Assembly: GCA_963782915.1 (NCBI GenBank)
Contig: CAWALK010000013.1
Span: forward strand, 1-12,697
Source: an uncultured archaeon
GTDB lineage: Archaea > Thermoproteota > Bathyarchaeia > Bathyarchaeales > Bathycorpusculaceae
Direction: 5' to 3'
Length of the DNA: 12,697 nt
Under the pieces are notes generated by a model. The model was given only the letters and a program-made list of their open reading frames with translations, searched no databases and had not been told where the DNA came from. Shown piece after piece: positions 7,520 through 12,697 of the stretch. A program made the translations under genes and the position numbers. Each line of letters begins with the position of its first letter. The stretch's first letter is position 1.

Positions 7520-7763
7520 GCCAGAATCGAAACTTAACAAGTTACAACATAATTTGTTGTCTACTCTCTTTTCTTGTAGAGTTGCAAGGAACATAACTCA
7601 GGTAGCGTACTGCTATAATCAAAGAATTATGGACTAAAACGTAGGTCGTATAGTAACTTTCTCTCTAACATAAATCTTTTAAGGAAATAAAACACACTTT
7701 GGCGTTATAGAGAAGGGTGTTTCAGAAAGTAGACTTAGCTATATCAAAAAGGATTAATTCATT

Positions 7764-8730
7764 ATGTCAAGCATAGAGAATCTAATCATAGAATTAGAGG
7801 ATGACTACAAACAGACAAACACCCAATTGAAAAGACTTCTTCAAGTTATACGAACCGCAACGATAGACACAAATACTAGAAGACGAACTAAAGATGGCTC
7901 TAAGAAGGGTTATAGGGTTTCAGCATAAAGTTGAAGAAGACTATGATTTTGTTGAGAAAATAGCTGAAAAGACCAAGTATGCAAAAAGAATAGAGAAGCA
8001 TTCACAAGCAATACTAACTAAGCTTACTAGTGAAACGGGAATTGGCAAAGCTAACGTGCCTCCTGGTTATGACTTTCTAAAACCTCCAATTCAAATAGAT
8101 ACATTTGGAGTGGTTCCAACGCTGAAGGGTGCTTCAAAAGTATTGTCTGGAGCAGGGACATGGGAAAATTTCACGATAGTTTGTCAAGTTGCTTGGGAGG
8201 TTTTCAAATCACTTGAAGTAAACTTGATTGAGTTTGAGGAAGAGATGCGACATATTGGAGTTCTAACTATCTTTCCGATAGAGAAGAAAAACGCTATTAA
8301 GACTAAGTTGTCGTCAAATGGATTCGGAGAAGTAGTTGTTAGTTTTGAACAAGCTGAATCGAGTCTAATAGATGGAATCAATAATGAAGGAAATCGCAAG
8401 AATTGTATTAGTAGGTCAAGAGATGCAATTGAATGTCTTGTAGCAACTCTTCGAGAGAAGGTAACTGGAGAGAATACTGTTAGGTCATTTCACAAAGATA
8501 ACTCAAGGCTCATGGATACTGGATTCTATACTAATCACACAATGCAACTTGTTCAAGGAGTCTATGCTTTTTGTAGCACCGATAAAGGAAGCCACAAATT
8601 TAGACCTGCAGAAATAACAGTTGCTGATGCTGAAGAAGTAATGCAAGAGACCTACTCACTAACTGAGATACTTCTCCGACTCTATATATCATGGGACAAG
8701 AATAAGCAAACAAAAGAAAAGAGTCAATGA
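7764..8730 (+). CDS. Hypothetical helical protein with a C-terminal HEPN-like (Abi_C/AbiJ-like) domain; frameshift near 7870
   Basis: ATG 7764 (MSSIENLIIELEDDYKQ...) joins ORF 7894..8730 if one A is removed at ACAAATACTA. The C-terminus NCISRSRDAIECLV...VQGVYAFCSTDKGSH...ITVADAEEVM has a HEPN-like layout, but no canonical Rx4-6H arginine. Confidence 0.5.
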
Positions 8731-8753
8731 GTAAAAAAGAGAAATGCGGTACA

Positions 8754-8796
8754 CAAATCAGGGTCAAGGTGTTTGTGGTGAGGCTGCTGGGATTAG
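8754..8796 (+). repeat. Degenerate direct repeat copy B
   Basis: CAAATCAGGGTCAA-N10-GTGAGGCTGCTGGGATTAG: 12/14 and 17/20 matches to the two blocks of 6405..6450; abuts the DUF362 stop codon. Confidence 0.45.
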
Positions 8797-9753
8797 TTAC
8801 CCAATTTCGACAGGCGTACCTCGATAAGCCATTGTAAGTTTTTGAAATAACTTTACTATGTCTAGAGAGCAGAAAAGCGCCTTTGTTAGATATTCATGCT
8901 GGTAAATCATAATCTGTGCCTTCACAGGCAAATCGATTCTGGGCGGTTCAAATCTGCGTGCAACCTCCGACACCTGTAAACCATCGACTTGGACGTCTTC
9001 CTCGCGCATGCCAGCATTGTTGGCGATATAGCCCAGGTATGTTTTTTTCCAATCTATCATCATCACTTTTGCGGCGACTATGTCCACCGCTAAAGCGTCG
9101 TCACCGGTAAGCATCAAATCCATCTTGACGGGCTTGCCTTTGGTGGGTCCATTGCCCTCGATGCCGATTCGTGCATCCATTATGGTTAGCTGCGGCCTGA
9201 AAAGCGAGTAGAGTCGGTACATGACTTCAGGCAGGTAGGGGTGAAGATAGATGCGTTTGTTGCTGGGTACGCAGCCGAAGAGGTTTTTGATGGCGCCGCT
9301 GTAAGCCATAAACTCGTGAGTCTTCATCAACGGCAAATCCACCACCGCATCGGCGTCCAGCACAGTTTTTGGTAGAAACAGCCGTTTGAGAGGGCAGCCG
9401 TCTGGGAATTTGACTTCAACGACTTTGTCTTCTGAGAGGTTGATGGCTTTGCCGTCTGCGGATTCCACGGCTTTTTGCATGCCTGTTTTGTCAAACGCGG
9501 TCCAGCAGGGATAGTTAAAGCCGTTGGATTCGCCAACGACAACTTCGCTGTTGCCGTCCCTTAATAGCCCGACGAGTTGATGCATAACCTCTGGGCTTGT
9601 TACCACGCCTGGCAAGTATTCGGGGTGGCTCAAGTTTGGCTTTATGAAAATCTTTCTCTTGCCACGTAACCCTGAGTCGGCGATGGCTTGGGCGACGATG
9701 CTGCTTACGTCGTCTCCTGCACGGTAAATCGTAACTTTATGTGGATTAGGCAT
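8797..9753 (-). CDS. DUF362 domain-containing protein
   Basis: Motifs IFIKPNL, GVVTSPEV, VVVGES, LPLMKTH, SGAIKNLFGC, IMDAxxGIEGNGP and DALAVD. Confidence 0.88.
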   Translation of the reverse strand: MPNPHKVTIYRAGDDVSSIVAQAIADSGLRGKRKIFIKPNLSHPEYLPGVVTSPEVMHQLVGLLRDGNSEVVVGESNGFNYPCWTAFDKTGMQKAVESADGKAINLSEDKVVEVKFPDGCPLKRLFLPKTVLDADAVVDLPLMKTHEFMAYSGAIKNLFGCVPSNKRIYLHPYLPEVMYRLYSLFRPQLTIMDARIGIEGNGPTKGKPVKMDLMLTGDDALAVDIVAAKVMMIDWKKTYLGYIANNAGMREEDVQVDGLQVSEVARRFEPPRIDLPVKAQIMIYQHEYLTKALFCSLDIVKLFQKLTMAYRGTPVEIG

Positions 9754-11170
9754 GTTTTGACTTCACTCCTTGGAGGCATCCCGGGTCGCCGTTTAACATG
9801 TCTCCACTATGGTATGCTGCGGAACGTGCTCGACAGCCGCCGCAGATAAATTTGTAGGTGCATTTGCCGCAGGTACCCTTAAGGTTTGCTCGGTTGCGGA
9901 AGGATTTGAACAACGACGCGTTTAGCCAGATGTCCTGGAACCTTTCTGTCTTCAAGTTCCCGACGTTCACGGGCAAAAATACACACGGGTGGACATCGCC
10001 CTGTGGTGAGATTGAGCAGTAGAGTCTTCCTGCGCCGCATCCGCCGATGAATTCACCAAGGGGAACGGCTTTTTTTGTGACTTTGACGGTTTGCATGTGA
10101 GCCATTGACATGGTGACTTCGTCTGTTCCCGCTGGACCCTGACATTGCAAGGCGACGCGAGCTAATTGGGGAGCCGTGGCTAGGATGGTTGTTTTGCAAC
10201 CCGCTGACATCCTATTCAGCAAATAACGCATAACGTCCTCGCGTTCCTGCGGGGAGAGGTCTTGGTCGAAGTGGGCTTTGCCGCGTCCAGTCGGGATAAA
10301 ATTGAAGTAGGTGAAGCGTTCTGCATGGATTTTCTCGGCTAAATCGATGATGGCGGGCAGCTCAGCCATATTGTTTTTGCCCACGGTGGTGGCGATGCAG
10401 ACACAAAGATCCGCTTCAACGCAGTTTTTGAGTCCTGCAATAGCTTTATCAAAGGTGCCTAGAACCCCGCGGAAGTCATCGTGGGTTTTAGCACAGGCGC
10501 CGTCGATGCTTACGTCGATGTAGTTGACTTTGGCTTCTTTGATTTTAGCTACGTTTTCTTTGGTGAGGAGCGTGCCGTTGGAAGCCAACGAAACATAGAG
10601 TCCGCGGTCGGAGGCATATCGCGCAACTTGAAAGAAGTCTTTGCGCGTGAGAGGTTCTCCTCCCGAAAAAGCCAGAGCCGTCACGTGTGCATCGGCCAAT
10701 TGATCGACAACCGCCAAAGCCTGCTTAGTAGACAACTCCTCTTCCATCACAGCGCCGCTGTTACTGTAGCAGTGTTTGCACTGTAAGTTGCATTTGTGAG
10801 TGAAATCCCAAACCACCAGAAACGGCGCAGTCAGCGAAATGGGTTTTTTGATGCCAAAATAATCAAATGATTGAACCAAATTTATAACCGCTGCTCGTGC
10901 ATATCGGTCAGTTAAGAGTTTCTCGGCTTTCTCACGCTTGAATCCGAGGCCTTTTCGGAGGAACTCTATCCAAAAACCGATAATCTGAGAGTACAAACCA
11001 CTGCATTTGTCGCATTTGCGGTCAATTTTGCCGCCGTAATCATCCAAAGCTGCTTCAAGGACTGTTCTGCCACATTTGCCGCATTTTTTTAGCGAGAGTT
11101 GGAGCATCTTCTTAGTCATGGGCAGGGATATGACTGCGTTCCAAAATGTATCATGGCTAAGGATGCTCAT
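9746..11170 (-). CDS. Radical SAM protein with SPASM domain and an N-terminal Cys-rich extension
   Basis: CNLQCKHC (CxxxCxxC), FSGGEP, SPASM CGAGRLYCSISPQGDVHPC...CGKCTYKFICGGCRAR; N-terminal CGKC...CDKC; 8-nt overlap with DUF362. Confidence 0.93.
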   Translation of the reverse strand: MSILSHDTFWNAVISLPMTKKMLQLSLKKCGKCGRTVLEAALDDYGGKIDRKCDKCSGLYSQIIGFWIEFLRKGLGFKREKAEKLLTDRYARAAVINLVQSFDYFGIKKPISLTAPFLVVWDFTHKCNLQCKHCYSNSGAVMEEELSTKQALAVVDQLADAHVTALAFSGGEPLTRKDFFQVARYASDRGLYVSLASNGTLLTKENVAKIKEAKVNYIDVSIDGACAKTHDDFRGVLGTFDKAIAGLKNCVEADLCVCIATTVGKNNMAELPAIIDLAEKIHAERFTYFNFIPTGRGKAHFDQDLSPQEREDVMRYLLNRMSAGCKTTILATAPQLARVALQCQGPAGTDEVTMSMAHMQTVKVTKKAVPLGEFIGGCGAGRLYCSISPQGDVHPCVFLPVNVGNLKTERFQDIWLNASLFKSFRNRANLKGTCGKCTYKFICGGCRARSAAYHSGDMLNGDPGCLQGVKSKHA

Positions 11171-11343
11171 TGCGGTTTCTCCATTGCGGCTTTGGTAGTT
11201 AATTGGATGGTTTGGATGTTAAATATTTCTCTAATCGAGGTTCAGATTCAAAAAGCTGTAAAAAGGCAAGTTACTAGACGAATTAGCTAAATTTGCAAAA
11301 CGATATATGATTGGCATTCTTACACGGGTTTCAAGGGAAGAAC

Positions 11344-12685
11344 TTGAAAAGACGCAATATATTGATTATTATTGCAATAGGCTTGGCCGTAATCATAGTT
11401 TCTTCCTCGATAGCAATCTACGCTAACAGCATCCTAAACCCCGAAGGCTCCCATAAGGTTTGGCAACGCGATATCCCAAACTTCGCCACCGCTTTATCCA
11501 CTGACGACGGCAAAGTCTTCACTATGGATATTTCTGGCAACGTAAACTGCTACAACCAACAAACTGGCGCAACCATCTGGAACGGCGGCAGCGTCGGCGG
11601 CTACTTCGCGGAGGGTCTTACTGTTGGTGAGGGTAGAGTATATGGCGGGTTCCATTACGCCTCAGTGGGCTCTTTGGATGAGGCAACAGGGCAGTTTCAG
11701 TGGAGCCACATGAATACTGCTGGCGTCAATCAGGCCCTGATAGCATAATCATAAAAGATGGTCGTTTGTTTGCGGTTTCAGAAGGTCCCGCAGCAGGCGT
11801 TGCAGCCCTTAATGCTTCCACCGGGCAGACTCTCTGGCAAACGCCTTACCATTTCGACATTTTTGGGAACATCTCTGATTCCGAAACCTGGTGGGTAGCT
11901 GGCTATCCACTGGGAGGAGACCCCTTTGAAGGCAATTTGGTTTACGCTTTGGGAGGCAACGAGTCAAACGCAAATATTTTCAAGTTAAACACCGATAACG
12001 GCAGCATAATATGGCGTAGTAACCTTACTTCTTTCGCTGGCATTCCGAGCGTTCTGACAACCTATAAAGGGCAAGTTGTCTTAGAGAGCGGCACCCAAAT
12101 CTTAAGCCTCAACCAAAGCTCCGGTGAGTACCTTTGGCACAACGACCTCGGTGCATCGATGTACCATCCAGCAGTCAACAATGACCTTTTGTTATTTGGC
12201 GCTTCAGATGGGTACTTCTACGGGTTAAACCTCTCAGACGGATTGATCCATGGAAAACTAGTGTCGACAGCCAAAACCTCATGTCCACAGTCAACAACGG
12301 CAACATAACCCTTACTGCATATCCTATCCAAGTCCAAAATAATCGGGTGTATTGGAGTTTTGGCGTAACCCAGCAACTTGGAACATCAAGTGAAAATAAA
12401 CATGACCGTTATGTTGGAGTTGTGTGCAGTCTTGACTTATCAAGTGGAAAGCTGTTATGGAATAGACAATTAAAAGACAGCGGAGTCTTCTTTGGTTTTT
12501 CTGCTGGTTTAGTTGTTAACAAGGATACTGTATATCTCAACGAGAACAGTGCTCTTTGGGTTCTTAGCGCTTCAAACGGAAATGTGGCCAGAAATCAGCG
12601 TTTCGACCATTACCTTCTGGCGCCAGTGCTGTCAGGTAACATGGTATTTGTGGCGTCAGATCTTCAGTTAACAGCATATTCATAG
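11344..12685 (+). CDS. Secreted/membrane-anchored PQQ-repeat (BamB-like) beta-propeller protein; split by two 1-nt deletions (near 11735 and 12252)
   Basis: Likely TTG start at 11344 with signal/anchor MKRRNILIIIAIGLAVIIVSSS. Repeats YNQQTGATIW, LDEATGQFQW, LNASTGQTLW, LNTDNGSIIW, LNQSSGEYLW, LDLSSGKLLW. Three consecutive ORFs join with single-base additions (QAPDSII; GLIxWKTSVDSQNLM). Confidence 0.85.
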
Positions 12686-12697
12686 CGCTTTAGTGCT

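Larger units (their letters stand above)
3497..8796. mobile_element. Composite accessory/integration-hotspot island (TA pair, HTH + terminase, pseudo-tRNA, HEPN-like genes); no integrase visible
   Basis: Virus- and defence-type gene content between housekeeping-type flanks, two pairs of degenerate direct repeats and a visibly AT-rich segment. Boundaries are inferred. Confidence 0.5.

Noticed and set aside
3497-8796. Complete provirus or self-mobile integrative element
   Set aside because: No portal, capsid, tail, replication, integrase or transposase gene is recognisable in the window.
9746-12685. PQQ biosynthesis locus (PqqE-like enzyme next to a PQQ-repeat protein)
   Set aside because: No pqqA/B/C/D. 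PQQ-like propellers are common structural repeats and the genes are divergent.
1-12697. CRISPR array or rRNA
   Set aside because: No regularly spaced repeat-spacer series or rRNA-like sequence seen.

Overview
Archaeal chromosomal window. TATA-like boxes lie about 25-30 nt before several starts, and the gene style suggests Bathyarchaeia (inference only). The left flank holds a partial DUF4234-like membrane gene and three glycosyltransferases (GT2, GT2, GT4). The right flank holds a radical SAM/SPASM + DUF362 pair and a secreted PQQ-repeat beta-propeller. Between them is a ~5.3 kb accessory island with four parts. (i) An MNT-HEPN toxin-antitoxin pair bracketed by a diverged 74-bp direct repeat of the GT4 3' end. 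(ii) An HTH/coiled-coil gene overlapping an intact terminase large subunit, with no portal, capsid or integrase in the window. (iii) A degenerate tRNA-like gene with a GAG anticodon on a short-variable-loop, Pro-like body. (iv) An AT-rich divergent pair of HEPN-like putative nucleases, bracketed by a second degenerate repeat that includes the tRNA 3' end. Six single-frame disruptions in five genes most likely reflect sequencing or assembly indels. All family calls come from motif recognition by eye, not from searches.
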